Notes under the pieces: model-generated
Databases searched by the model: none
What the model was told of the DNA's origin: nothing
Seen by the model: only the letters and a program-made list of their open reading frames with translations
From: Paramecium tetraurelia
Lineage: Eukaryota
Direction: 5' to 3'
Assembly (NCBI GenBank): GCA_000165425.1
Contig: CT868007.1
Location: 248,001 to 284,277, forward strand
Length of the DNA stretch: 36,277 nt
Shown: piece by piece, positions 11,491 through 26,300 of the stretch
Position numbering within the stretch: the first letter of the stretch is position 1
How the letters are laid out: each line of letters starts with the position of its first letter
Made by a program: the position numbers and the translations under genes

Positions 11491-12500
11491 ATGAAATCTT
11501 CAAAGTCGATTTCAAGCAACAAAACTACAACCTCAAGTACTTCCTTCATTCTCAATACTTTACAGACTTCAAGGTAATAGCATCTCTAATATATAAAGAA
11601 AACACAATCATAAGCCAAGTATTCAGCCTTAACAAAAGTCAACATCAATAATGAAAAAACCTTTCATAATGATATCTCCCAAATTAGTTTAGGTATTTGA
11701 TGAGAACAACACTCAAAGAACCAAACTACTTTTTGAAAATCGACTTTCCTTGTTGTAGACTAATGTACAATCTAAGTCTGAATCTCAAATTCCGAACATT
11801 GAAGGCTAGATTTTAACATCCAGAGTGAGAAAGCGAACTGCTCCAATTAGGTATTAGTTATTTATAAATGTAGATTATCATTGCGTTTTCCAACCCAACT
11901 TTGAATTACAATTTGAAGAAATTAATGATTTAAGAATCTATATATATTTTTAATAATTATGATAAAATCATATGAACAAAAACTCGCGTAAAATTGGCAA
12001 AATAATTTCAAACCTGTAAAAATATGAAGACATCACAAATTCAATAACAGGAATCATTTTATTAAAACTGATTCAATTACAAGATATAGAAGTTAAATAA
12101 TTTAATAGATATTTTTGTTTGCCAATTTATTCATTCATCATATTAAAATAAAAGTTTATTTGATGGCCTAATGATACCTTGAAAAAATTAACTTTTGACT
12201 CTGAAATAGGCTAAGCTTTCAATATGAAAGATATAGTCCTTATTTGTTCGTTCTATTTAATCTGTAAAATGAGTTCAACGCTGGATTATAAATATTTATG
12301 AACTAAGAATGTACATAGGAATGTAGAAAATTGTTGTTCTAAAATGAATTGTTTCGAAATTAAATAAAAATATCAATATGAATTTGTCGGAAAAGACTTC
12401 ATCTGAAGGATCCAAAATTAAACACTAACAATATTAAAGGATATTATTAAATGGGGCAATTGACATTTTCTTAAAGAGTAAATGAAAGTCAATTAAAAAT
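11491..12500 (+). pseudogene. Degraded gene relic of unknown function
   Basis: ATG at 11491 (MKSSKSISSNKTTTSSTSFIL) with plausible introns at about 11574-11598 and 11851-11873. Open to about 11900, then a frameshift and several TGAs in every frame. Confidence 0.5.
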
Positions 12501-12550
12501 GATTAATTGATAATGGAGGAATCATTGAGTTTATAATAAATTTATATTTT

Positions 12551-15319
12551 ATGATTGCTGAAGTTTAGAGTAGTGAAGATCTATTAGTAATGTGTAGGAT
12601 ATGTGAGAAATAAGTATGAGTGTGGTATAACATTTGTAGACAGATGCTTCATTGATTGAGAATCACCTAGTGAATTGCTAACAAATCTTTGAGGCTAGAA
12701 AGCATTTGCATCAATTGGATGTGCAAATTCAAAAATTAGCAGAGTAGGCTCAGAACAGCTTTCGTACAATAAATACAAAATATCAAATCCATAAGTCCAA
12801 GCAGGCTAGATATACAAACCAGGATAATCGTGGAATGAGGAGCAGTGCACCGTTGAAATTGAATCAACCAGATGATTGTGCAAGTGAGGAGACAGGTTCA
12901 AGAACAAACAAGGTTAGTGCAAAGCTGTGTATAATTTTAGTGCGCAGTCAAATCGAGGTTTGCGAACTTAGGAGCAAGTTTAGCAAATAACGAGGCCTCC
13001 CAAGAGTAGACTTAGTAGGAATGTGTGACTTAGACTGTTTAATAGTCCATTACGGGAGAGGATTTCGATCAAATAATGAAACAATAGATAAAGTTATCAA
13101 AGAAAATAGAATAATAGAAACAAGGAAATAAGTTTGTTTATTCTCCAGAAATCAAACAAATAAGTTCTCCGATATCGAATGGTATGGGAAGTCCATTTTC
13201 TCTTGAGTACTTAATTATGAATATATAATAGTGATAACACTGAAATTTTGAAAGATTTGAGACTACAGTTAGACTCTCTGTCCATCATCACTAAATATAC
13301 TGAAGAAACTCTTAGAACAAATCATGGTACTCAATCAATTTAATTTGATCTAAAAATACAAGTGGATTTGTTCAACATCAAACACACTCTCTAAAAGGAG
13401 GTCCAAGATCTAGTGAAACTGACTTTGAAACTGATTGAAGTACAATTGAATCATTATCTCATTTTAGGAGAAGGTGCAATGTACTTAAAAAATATCGAGA
13501 TTGCAGAAACTGATTTCGGAGGAAGAGAAAATAGAAAATCTTACATCTCCACGTCTCAAGATCAACAATGTAGAATTAGGAAATCGTAGGACTTCATTAG
13601 GAAATTCTCTATAAGGACATTTTGAAATGCTCAAGAACAGTGGTAATGGAGCCAAATGGTTGAATAAGTAAAACATAGTTCCGAATTCTGAACCCAGTAA
13701 GTAGACTTAATCGAAAACCTTCACTGAAGGTGTAGGAAAGGATTGTATCTTTTAGAAATGTCTGAGTGAATCTGAAGATGGAGGATAGAGTAGCAGTGCA
13801 TCAGATTCAGAGGGTGTGGTGTCTAAGGAAATCAAAAAAAATATTACTAAGAAATCACTGGAAGAATCTTTTGAAATGGATAACTATGTAAAATAATCAA
13901 AAAGCAATATGATTTCATTTAAGGATTTGAATCAACATCAGGTGGATAATCAGTGTGAGTTTGATAATGAGAAGGAACAGAAGGTTAAGGGGTATTACAG
14001 TGATGGAGATTTCAAGACTACTAAATTGGTGAAGAATAAATAATTGTAAATCATAACATTATTGATATTTTAGATTGAATGTTACTCTTTAGGACTTTGA
14101 ATTTATCCAGGTGTTGGGTGTCGGAGCATTTGGAGCAGTGTGGTTGGTTTGTAAGAAGAAGACTAAGGATTATTATGCAATGAAGGTGATAGATTGTAGA
14201 AATAAGAATATGAATGAAATTCAGAATTTAAGAGCTGAAAAAAATGTATTTGAAATCTTAGAAGGTGATTTTGTAGTAAAAGCATTTTATTCATTTATTT
14301 AAGACAATTGTTTATTGTTCTTGTTAGAATATATGATGGGGGGTGATTTCAGTTAAGTTCTTTATCAATATGGACGTATTTCAGAATCAGTGGCTAAATT
14401 TTATTTGGCTGAGTTGCTCTTAGCAATTGAATCATTACACAAGAAAAGAATAATTCACAGAGATTTGAAACCACAAAATATCTTATTGGATGCACAGGGT
14501 CATCTAAAGTTGGCTGATTTTGGGTTATCTGAAATCGCATTAGTGTAAAAGATTAAGGAAGGGAAAGACGGATTCAATAGTTCCATTGATCCTGAGGCAT
14601 TACCTATGAATGTTTCAAAGAGGAACATCAAAATGAAAAGCAATATTGAATTTCATCTACAAAAGACTGCTACTAAGACAAGTATTTAAGAGAGAACTCA
14701 ATCAGGAAAAAGATAGAATAGAATAATTGGAACTCCCGATTACATTCCCCCTGAAGTCATCTGTGGATAATCTATATCGAACTTTTCAATAGATTGGTGG
14801 GCTTTTGGAGTGATAGCATATGAATTTTTAGTAGGCATTCCACCATTCAATGATTCTAGCATTCCGAAGGTGTTTGAGAACATAATGAATGGGAGCATCG
14901 AATGGCCAGAGATAGGATGTGGAGAAGACTCGATGAGTTAGGAGGCATATGAGTTAATTAATTCATTATTAGAACCTTAATACCATAAGAGACTTGGAGA
15001 GAAAGGTGCTGAAGAAGTTAAATCTCATAAGTTCTTCAATGCAGTTGATTGGAATAACATAAGGAATCAGGAGGCTCCCATGATTCCAATACGAGATTTA
15101 GACTAATTGGAGGAGGAAGAGAGCAATATCACGAAGAAGAAGAATGAGGAGGTGAAAATGAAGGATAGATTGCAATCAGTGCAAGTCTCCCATGATGGAA
15201 ACCTAGATGATGTAGCCAATCTAACCAGAGTTGATCTATTGGCCAAGATCAGTTAGAAGGATGCTGAAAATGTCATGAAAAAAAGATCAATTCGGAAGAC
15301 TATTTAACAATTTCTATGA
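12551..15319 (+). CDS. AGC Ser/Thr kinase of the Rim15/Greatwall/MAST/IRE type with an N-terminal zinc-finger motif
   Basis: [34 protein letters not shown] gives the CxxC..H..C motif seen in IRE/Rim15. Kinase motifs [29 protein letters not shown], a long insert before [11 protein letters not shown], and DWWAFG are present, plus an AGC tail. Five tiny introns (about 12614, 12913, 13208, 13440, 14046). TGA at 15317-15319. Confidence 0.92.
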
Positions 15320-15332
15320 TTAATATATACTC

Positions 15333-18300
15333 ATGTTAAAGTACTTTCATGAATTATCTGATGAATATTCCAAAAGTACATACAATCCATAAACCATGGC
15401 TGGGTGCATCGAGGGTTTGTATGAGTATTTGAAACAAGAGAAGAATGAGGATCAATTCGTCATCAATAATGGAGGGATAAAACTTATCAATCAATCTTAA
15501 TGGCATTTCGAAAAGCAATATTCGATCTGCTTAACATTCAATCCTCAAGGGGATGGGACGATCTTCTAATTTTCATCATCTCATATCGATGGCAAGAGAA
15601 TCATAGCCAATGGAGTTCATTGTTACTTAATTGGTGGTGTAGTCTTCTACAAGAATGTTTACCAGAGGTTCACTCTAGAAAGAGTTCTTGTGGAAGACTA
15701 CTCTTCCAATAATCAGTTGGGTGAAGTCGTAATGAATGGATGGAATGAAATAATTATTTCTCATGAATAAGGAAAACTATACTCCAGACCCAAGTTTATA
15801 TATTCAATTAATCAGATTAAAAATACGATACAGATTGAGTATCCCAAAATCAGGAATCAAAATCTGGAGATGCTCTATTTCCAGAACATATAATGCAAAG
15901 TCAAAGAAATCTCAGTTTACAATGAAGTTGGCGACCAGCATTTGAAATCTCCTTTTTATTAAATCTACCCCCTATACGATCCTCACTAGACGAAGAGAGT
16001 CAACGATAGAATTCAGAACGTAATCTATGAACTTTAGGGAGACACCAAGATGACATCTTCATTATAAAAATACGATTTTGTAGAATACGGCGGTATTAAA
16101 ATTTTAATTCCACTTTTTGATCTAATTCAATATTACGATCATTCTTAAATTGATGACCTATTTAAAATCTTACTCTATACTTTGTTACAGGATAGTCAAA
16201 TCAACAAGAATTAAATTGTCGAAATGAAACTATTCCAACAGATAGCATAGATCATCAATGTAGACATCCCCAATCTAAGTTAAATTTTGCAGATCAAACA
16301 AAAAGTTGAGGATCAAGATATACTCAATCAACTATTGTTGTTAATTATTGATGTCAATTTCATCAAAAGAATCACCGATTAATAGTAATACTGCATTTTA
16401 TTACAGCAATTCTATATCAGTGATCATCAGAAATACTTACAAGTCACTCCCATCTAATATTTGGCTCAGTTATTGGTGAGTGTCAATCAGAAGAGTCTAA
16501 TCCAAGATCAAATTCTATAAATTATGATTTACTCCTGCTAATATAACTTTAATACATTGAAGGACTAATTCAAACTATTTTTAAAGGTCGCCGAAGCCTC
16601 ATCAATCGAACTCAAAATCAAAGCCATCTAAAGTGCAACCAGGTTGGTTTCTGACTTATTCAGAGATGATCAAGAGAATTTCATTGTATTCAGAAATCAT
16701 AACATTCAAAATAAGATCCTAAATGACATCTTTCTTCTACTCTAGACTGATAGCATGGATTGTTTGGTGGCGACCATCACCTTGTTAGGATAAATGCTCT
16801 ATGGCACCAAGGACCTATTAAGTCAAGGCATGATCTCTTATATTTCTAAGGCGATCTGTGTAAACAATAACTTTGACAATCTATTGAATGCATTAACTCA
16901 ATTACTAAAGATTAACTGCTTGTGTGTTGAAATTCTGTAGCATCTATACTCTTAGACTAAATAACAAAATATTCTGGATTACTATTTCAATTACGTCAAG
17001 AAAATTAGCATTGAATAATAATAACTCATACTTTAATAACACTCCATTTGGTTTTTGGATTAATTGAAGATCGAATAAAACGAAAGACTTCTTTAGATTT
17101 TTATGCATCTTCTAGATTAGAATCCTCAATATCTGAGTCAAACTTTGATTCATTAACAAATTCGATAAGATGTGCAAACACTTTTGGTGATTGTCACAGA
17201 AGTGATTGAGAAGTTTAATGAAGAGCAAATATTTCAAGTACAGTAGATAATGTTCTAAATATACTTCTCAGTGCAATCGTTTAAGAATTTTGAAGGATTT
17301 TTAACTAAATTAATTAAGTATATAATATATCTAGAAAATGAGCAAGAGTTATCAAAAATAGTTGAACAAAAAGAACTACCTTTTGGCATTCAAAAGATCA
17401 TCAACTTGAGTTGCCCAATTGACAAGTTGAAAGAATGGTTATTCTATTTCACCAAGCTTTTTGAATAAACACAGTATCTGAATACAGAAACAAGTGAACT
17501 CTTCATGATCCAAATAGTTGAACTGCTTAAAGCAATCCAATCCTAAACTTAGGATCAGTAAATAAAGGAGGTTATCGAATATTTCTTCACTCAAAATGTG
17601 CTAATTCTCTAATCACTTTCAGAGCAACAAGTGCAAGTCTTTGATTCAATTAAATTTCAGTAAGACTTTTAGGCTTTTCAGGAATCTTTGTTGCTTAAGT
17701 GGACTCAAGAATAATAATAGATCAAAATGACACAATCAGAACAATTATCAAAATTAACAGATGAAATTAATTATGCTGCTGCATCGATGCAAGTGTCAGT
17801 GTACAAGTTAATGAACAAGACTCGAAAGATTAGATAGAGATGGTGCAAACTTTGGCATAATCTACGTATCACCGTGTATAGACCAAAAGATTGCAGATTC
17901 CAAGTAGATGAATAAATCGATCATGATTACAAATTCAAAGAGAATCCTTATTACACCAATAAAATTGAGAAATACATCAATAAGTATTATTCACGTCCCA
18001 TTTTAAAAGTGAAGTTTAAGAAGAACCCTGAGTTTGAGAATGACGCATAAGTGCAGTTGGAAAAGAAACAACAATACAAATGCTTTTGGTTGAAGAGCTT
18101 ATACTTAAAGCAAGGGGGCGTTACAATAGGAGATGAAAAAATAACATTCTCCTATTACTCCTATACCTAAAAGGCGAATCATATAACTTTGTTGCCTCAC
18201 ACAATACCAAATCACAAGCCATTTAAGAAATCGTGGAGGAGGGATTAAATTAGGTGGCTGCATGAAAGGATTTATATCAGAAATAGAAATGCCATTGAAA

Positions 18301-20208
18301 TCATCTTCAAGGATGGAGAGTCCCTGTACTTGATATTTTAGGACGAGGGATTGAAGGAAGAGATTATTGAGAAGTTGAAAATACAACCCAAATAATGTGA
18401 TTTTAATAAGGTTAGCAACTTCAAGTATTTGATGTATCTGAATTTCCTATCTTGTCGTTCTTACATCGATTTCACTAGATATCCAGTGTTTCCATGGGTT
18501 TTAAAAGGAAATGCATCAGATTTTGATGACAATGATATAGCATCAATACAGAATGAGATCAATTACAGAGATCTTTCTTTACCAATAGGAGCTTGTGGAA
18601 GTGAAGTCAGATTAGATTAATTCATCAAGAGATTCGAAAATGAGTAGTTTTATTACGGAACACATTATTCTAGTCAGGCATTGGTGTCTCAATATTTGGT
18701 ACGATTGAGTCCATTTACAGAGGCTGCAATATCAATCTAGGATGGTAAATTCGATATTCCAGATCGAATGTTTAGATCGATCATGAAGTCATGGATAGAT
18801 TGCAATAATGAAATGGCTGACGTGAGAGAATTGACTCCTGAATTCTTTTATTTGCCTGAAGCCTTTATAAACATCAATGCCCATAATTTTGGTAAGTTGC
18901 AAAGTAGTTAAGTCGTAAACAATGTGCAATTGCCACACTACTCCAATAAGAATCCATTTTATTATGTCGCCTAGAATATGATAGCATTAGAAAGTGAGTA
19001 TGCTATTAAGATTGAATGAATGGATTGACTTGATTTGGGGATACAAATAGCAAGGAAATGCTGCTGTCGATTCCTTCAATGTGTTTTATCCACTAACTTA
19101 CTCTAATTTTGATGAAGGGAGTATAGAAATCAATGAATTAGCAATGGAAACTCAAATTGCTCATTTTGGATAAACACCAGAGTAACTGTTTTATAAGCCG
19201 CATGCTCAAAAAAATGAAGTAGTTGATAAGACTTAGTGGTAGGCGGCAAAGAATAAAAAGTCATAAAGTAAATTGATCTATTTAATTTGTAATAAGAACA
19301 AAGTAGTTAGCATTCAGGAAGATTTCACTTTAATCTAATGGTAGATTGTTAAAAATTAATAACAGTTTTAAATTGAGAAACAAGTGTAATTACCTAGAAT
19401 TCATTTTGATGCTATGATCAAATATGTATTACCACCAATATTAGTATTGATTGAATAGTCAACCGTATTATTCGGTGGGAATAACAATGGAACACTTCTA
19501 TACTAGTACTTAGACAATTTGAAGGTGTAGGGAGTGATCGAATTGGAAAGTGAGATAATCAACAATCATTGCACTGTGACCGTTCTAGAGTCAAATAAAC
19601 AATAAAATATAGTGATACTTGGAACCAATAAGGGTTTGGTTTATTATTATAGCAAGATTCTGTAAAATAAATAGGATATAAAATAAGAGGAATTACTAAA
19701 GGGCAAATATGTGATCTATGACACAACCTCGCAAATCAATTCAATCACGATTTCAGAATAACTCACCATCTTTTGTGTTGGAACTCAAGACGGAACGATA
19801 TTCTTATATAATTTGTATAATCGCACTCTTTACAGATTTATAAATCATCCAAAAAGACTGCCTATTTATTATCTAGCATTAAGTTATTCTCCATTGCCTT
19901 GTATTTTATTTAGTTCCCATGATGAACGGGTTGTAGCATATTCAATAAATGGATTCTTGCTACAATTACTGTAAGTCAAAGGAAATATAGAATACATTTA
20001 AATCAAGAAATCACCTATAAATACCTTAGTATAGCATTTATTATTAAATTGATAGGTTGTAATCACTGACAATAACGTCTTTGAATATAGACTGCCATTT
20101 TTAGATAGACTGTCAATTGTCTCGTCCCAAATGTGTACAAGATTTGTTTAGGCAACAAAACAAATTTCTATTTATGGTTGTAAATCAGGTGATCTGCGTG
20201 TATTTTGA
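15333..20208 (+). CDS. BEACH-domain protein (ConA-like N-terminus, helical region, PH, BEACH, WD40) with an apparent frameshift at about 19010
   Basis: SNFKYLMYLNFLSCRSYIDFTRYPVFPWVL, RDLSLPIGA, YGTHYSS, GKFDIPDRMF, DVRELTPEFFYLPE, WIDLIWGYKQQG, FGQTPEQLF, then WD40-like strands. TGA at 20206-20208. Confidence 0.9.
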
Positions 20209-20342
20209 GAATTTGTTCATATAATATTTCATATTAAAAATAATGTTCCATCTTATAAAATTGAAAAATAAGAAGTTATTCTTAAGAATTCTTAGATGTT
20301 GAATGAAAATGACATTTATTATATTGATATACAGATAAAATC

Positions 20343-23300
20343 TCAATCTTATGAAAAGATACGCTAGTCAACTGTTAATCCAAACTCTCCATCTGATGTT
20401 CCAAATGCTAAAATTGTTCTGTCTGGTGACAAAGCAAAAGAACTAATATCGTTCATTGATTGTTAGCAATCAGTCAATTATATTTCATTTCTTTTCTGCA
20501 AAAAGGGAGTTGTCAACATTAATATTTTCTTTTCCATGCACAACGGTAACACCTATTAAAATATAAAAAAAACATACAATAATATCAGTTAACTTTGAAT
20601 CTTTAACGACTTTGAGATGTCCTTAATTCACAATATATTATTTTAATTCAAGATGTGCCAAGAATTGCCCATTAATGCTATATGAATAAATATTTTTGTT
20701 TTCGTAAAATGCTATTCCATATAATGGAGTACAATAACTACAAACTTTGCTAATGGGCAAACCCTTAGGATGTCTATAACTTCTTAAGTATTTGCCAGAC
20801 CATTAATTATACATGTGAATCCAACCATCACTAGAACAAGTTATTACAACTTTGAGATCATTACATATAAATATATCCGTAATAGATTATTCGTGATGAT
20901 GATGCTTACTAATTGGAATGTATGAGTTATTTAACACTTTATATATAATAAGAGTGCCATCCTTACTACCAGTAGCCAATATTCTCATTTTGTAATCAAA
21001 TCTCATTACTGTTATAGTGTGTTCTTATTCGAATCTCTATTCAGAGATGATACCATTATTATAAATAAGCAGTCTTCCATCCCATATGCCTCCGATCAAT
21101 ACTTATTTTCCTCTATTTAAAACAGGGAGTTCATCATAATTACAAGTCCAATCAAATAGATTTTAGTTTTCATCCATAAATTTCCCAAAATTGATGGGTT
21201 GCTCTTTCTAATTAGTAAGATCAAATTTGTTATCTTTTAAATCTAATTTAATAGTAGCACATTCTCCATTCCGACGAATAATCCAAACTTTGTTATCACT
21301 TGAGAAATGTATTCTAATAATTGATTTGCTTCTCTAATAATTTGATGACTAAGGTTGTGGATTATTTTGTTTTTATCGAAGGATTCTCTTTTCTATTTTT
21401 TCATCAACAATTCTAAAAACAATTTTTTATTTTCCTCTGGCAATGTGAGCTCTATCCCAAATTTAACTAGGACATTAACCAAAATGAATTGCTTGAGATT
21501 CCAATGATATCTTTTGTTTTTCATTCTTGATTGAATCCCAATCTATAGAATTTTCATATGTCAAATAATAAAATGTATTTAGAGCTTTGACTGCTTCTTC
21601 TCCCTTTTGTTTATATCCAAAAATTAAATCAATCCAATTGCAAATATGCTATGAAACATAATCACTTTCCAATTCCATTCTGTGAGCACAAATGAACAAA
21701 TAGGGGTTTTATTAAGTCCAAAAAGGCAATTCTACATTGTTTACTCGCTACCCCAGTTTACTATAATCCATAGTCATACTTTGTTAAATTAAGAAACATT
21801 TCAGGCAAATAGAAGAATTCAGGTATCAATTCTCTGACATCACTCAATTCTTCGACTGCATTCCGATATGTCTCAATGAATGAGAAGAATAGACGATCTG
21901 CTAAATCAAACTTGCCTGATTGTAATTCCTTGGCTCCATCAGAAAACGGCTTCAATCTAATGAGATAATGGAATATGATTGCTGGACTTGAATAATGACT
22001 CCCATAGTGAAATTGTGGAACCTTATTAAAATGATCTATCATGTTGTATCTCTATTCAAACACCTCGATCCTATCTTTAGTACCCAAAGCACCCATGCTT
22101 TTAGTTAAATCGCGATATTTATGCAATTACTCGCCATCATTCATGATCCACGGAAACACTGGATATTAGGTCAGATCCTTATTACTCCTTCCAGAAATTT
22201 TATTGACTTTCATCAAGTATTCAAAAGTCGTGATCTTATAATTATACCACTTATTCATAGCCTTACTCTCGAACATGACACTCACTGGATCTAATTTACC
22301 GGATTAAATTCTGGGCTTTAGATTGATAGTTCGTTGTTTCTTCAGAGAAATCAATTTCTCTATCACTTTTTGATGATCTCCATTTTAAAAATTGAATACA
22401 AGTGTACTACCTTCCAATAGAGTCAACTCCAAGGATGTCCATCTACCAATGTATCTTCTAAATTAAATATCGTAGATTTATTCCAGATCCCACTACTTCA
22501 CCAATTAGGAGTCTTCAGGTACTCTAAATTTGATCAGACTCTAATGGGTTTCTTTTTGAGTTATGGATTCAAAATAAAAGATCAAATGCGTATCACTTAT
22601 TCGTAAAGATCCTATTCTAACTGTTAATGTCTTGATCCACTGGACTCTGTGAAGAATCACTTCGTCTTGTTCATGTTATTATGAGTAGAATGGGATGATG
22701 GTGTCAAATATGATTTCATGTATTTTCTTTCTTTGTCTCTCTGGTTATTTCTTATCATAGTCAGCCAAATTCATTATTCTAGTACTTTACTATTGAGATT
22801 GCATAATGTTATCAATTTGGGGATAATCATACAACTTAGGTTTGAGTAAGGGTCTGGATTTCTATTTGGTTTCATATTTCCACATCTTCCATGTAAATCT
22901 AAATTAAATTCTTTGTATTACATCTAATTTTATACGATGTTGTCATAATGCATATCTATCGACGCAAATGGCTTATCGATTTATGCCTTGAACTCTGGAT
23001 GAGCCCACCATTGATTGAATACACGGACTCTGTTGAATGACTTCTTAAACATGTATCTGGCTTGTCTCATATAGATTTATTCTGAGTCTATCCTCTGTAT
23101 TTTTTAATCATACGAGTAGGTTGACGATGATGATATCCTATATGTTATATATTTTAATGAATTTACATCTATGAAAACAAGACTTCCTCAATTCCTTGTC
23201 GCTATGATTACAATCTATCCTCTAAGGTTTTCTTCTTTTAAGAGAAAATTCTGTAGGATTCTTCAAAATCACACTTGGTTTTTAGGTAATACTCTTCATT

Positions 23301-26300
23301 CATGAAGAATGATTACTATATTTTTTACAATAACGTTTGATTTTCCACAAAAACTTGCTTTGCTGCTATCATTTTCTCCATAATCAATTTATTATTTAAT
23401 TTGAGGGACTTGGTTTCAACAACATCAAAGATGTGTGAACTGTCTTTTCTGATTAAATCATTGAGCATTTTCATTAAAAACAATTTGTGTTGTTTGTACC
23501 CTTCAAAAATGAGAGCTTAGAAAGACTCATTCTTATTTAAAATCTGAGTAAAACAATCCACATACACAATCAAAAACTTAAATGAGTAGAACAAGCAATT
23601 CTTCACAATCTGCAGTAATTCCTACTTGATCTCCTTATCGTAATTGATCTCTTTTATTTTATCCTCCATTTAATACAGAAATATGAAATGCGATCCAATA
23701 ATCGAATACACTACTTTATCTTGTGATTCCTCGATCTCTTTGTCCCTTAAAGTCTCCGATGCTATAATTAAAGTTCTAACTAATTTATCGAGTGTATTCA
23801 ATATCACCTGCAATTGCTTGATGTTTTCACTGCTCTGCACATTGAAGGCGAAGTATTCAGCATTCAATTACAGAAAGAGTTAACACACTTAGACGAAGAT
23901 GGGGGATTGACCTTATTCTAACCCTATATCGAATTCAAACATCATTGCAGCGAATGTTTTCTATGATTCTGTGGGATTCTTCTACTCCAAAAGACCTAAA
24001 ATTCCTTTTTAAACAATCTGATAATCATCCAAGTAACTAATTATTTGTGTCGAGAATTTGCCACAAAATTGATTCACTATGTCACAGATATTCACAATAA
24101 GAATGTGATCCACCCATTGTATAATTCCAAATTATTGCTTCCATTCTAGGGATATATTGGAATAATATTTACTTTTAGGCATTTCTTATTGCGAAATGGT
24201 TAACTAAAATGCAATAGGGGAGAACTTATGGAATAAATAGTAATGCTCATTTTCACTCTCATTCTCAATAGTTCTTGGATCAGCAGTCACTAGTCGGAAT
24301 GTTTCAAAAATAACAGAATATAAGTTGACCCAAAAGGTTGAAAATAAATCCAATTTATAACAATCCCTAATTGATTATATGAAAAATAATTACGAGAAAT
24401 TAGAGAGCAACTGCTTGTATATCAATCTCATCAATAATTAGGTTGCCTACTGATTAATCTGTTCTCCATTAATCTCTTCCAAAACTCTGCAATAACTCTA
24501 TAATTGAGCCAATCGCTGAAACCCATTCTTTTCGTTCTGAATACCAGCTTTGATCACATTGCAATATAGTTTCAATCCACTATCCCACACCCAGAATTCA
24601 AACTAAGCCAACTCTCTAATATTGTATTGGTTTTAGATTTCCAAGAGAGTCTTTAAGATCCACCAATGAAACTCCTCATTATTTAATAGAAAAATGGCAC
24701 TGGCTTGATTCCATTTAATCAGCATACATAAATCTTACATAATGCGACCCTTGACTGAATCCACACAATATTCGAAATAACTAATCAAAAGAGACAATCC
24801 ACCATCAGATTTAATGATAAGATTTTCATCTAAAATCAGTGTATCCGAATTGGTCTTTCCAACTCTAGTTTTGAGCATCCATTCCATAATCGCAACGTAT
24901 AGAGGTTCATAATCAATAATCCTTCTATTTGCCTAAACAATGTTTTTGTTCTGAATAGCAGGCTGCTTCTTCTTTTCCTCAACAAAATTCTATTGTTCCT
25001 CTTATTAATGGAAGACTAAAGCTTGATTTACTAATGGTTTTCTAGGTTGGAAATCATCATCTTCATCGTCTGAGTAAGCCTCTTGCACCTCAACTGCAGC
25101 GCTGTTACCTAGAGTATGTGCAATCCAATTAGCGATTTCTTTTTCATTTGGAGATTAATTGATGCGAATACTCTCTGCTATCAACTTGATGCAACTAGTT
25201 TTGACATCTGGACAGGAACATGTTGTTAGTAGATTCAATAGCATTTGCATCACTTCTTCTTGGATTAGAATCTGAGATATGGGATTATTACTCTTGGTCT
25301 CGTATTGAAATAATCCTTGTAGCTTTTTGAGTAGTAGTTGGTAAAAACAAGGAGAGCATTTTAATGTGAAGACTCTCGCAATGTCTATGATGTTGGATTT
25401 CTCAATTTTGGATTGTGATTGAAATAATTTATTATGGAGGATGGCGTCAATAATATCTAATAACTGTAAACATAACTGATACTTAAGTAGGAATCTATCA
25501 ATTAAGCGTAGGGGATGGTAGGTAATTAGAAGTTGGTATAACCCATTTGATTCGCATGTTCTTGGCAGCATAATCTATTCTTCGGATCAATGTCGTAGAT
25601 CAAAATCTCGAGTATTTTACCGATTCCGAAAATCGATATACAAAATTCAGGATTATCATTATATATCATTCGAATGAATTTTAAGTAGTCTTCTATGATT
25701 GAAAAGTTCTCTAGTTTATAAATTTATATTCTCCACAATAAATTGCAAATGAATTGCTATTTCAACTTCGTATCCTGAATGGAATTGTGCAATTGTGAGA
25801 GCAATTCTATAGTTTGATTGTTGATCATGTCAAGTCCAGAATCATTTAGTTTAAGGGCTATCAAACTTAAATATTCAGTTCGGATCGCATCTTGCTATGT
25901 TTCTGGTCTGGTCTTGATGATTTAACAGAATAGAGTCAATAGTTCGTTCAGCAATGAATCATAAGGTTAGATTTTAATAAATAGTAATAGAGGAACAAAG
26001 TTTTCAATTCTACAGAATTAAGAAAACTGCTATTTTTAAGTTATTCTTAAGTAGGAACCGCTGAATTATTGCAATGCCCCATCAAATTTATTTATTGGAT
26101 CTGTGATAAAATTGGCTCTGGCTCTCAGTGGAGTATAACATAAAACTAGTTTATTATTCCCATGGCATTTATGTAAATTCCTTAGGTGATCATTGGATTA
26201 AATACCCAGGTCTTTGTCACCGCAAGTTAAATCACTATAGGCATAATAGTAGTTAATACTTTCCATCAAATCCATCATTGTAAATTAACACAGAAGTGAC

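Noticed and set aside
11491..12550. N-terminal extension of the kinase
   Set aside because: Multiple TGAs in all frames. The kinase has its own ATG at 12551 directly before the zinc-finger motif.
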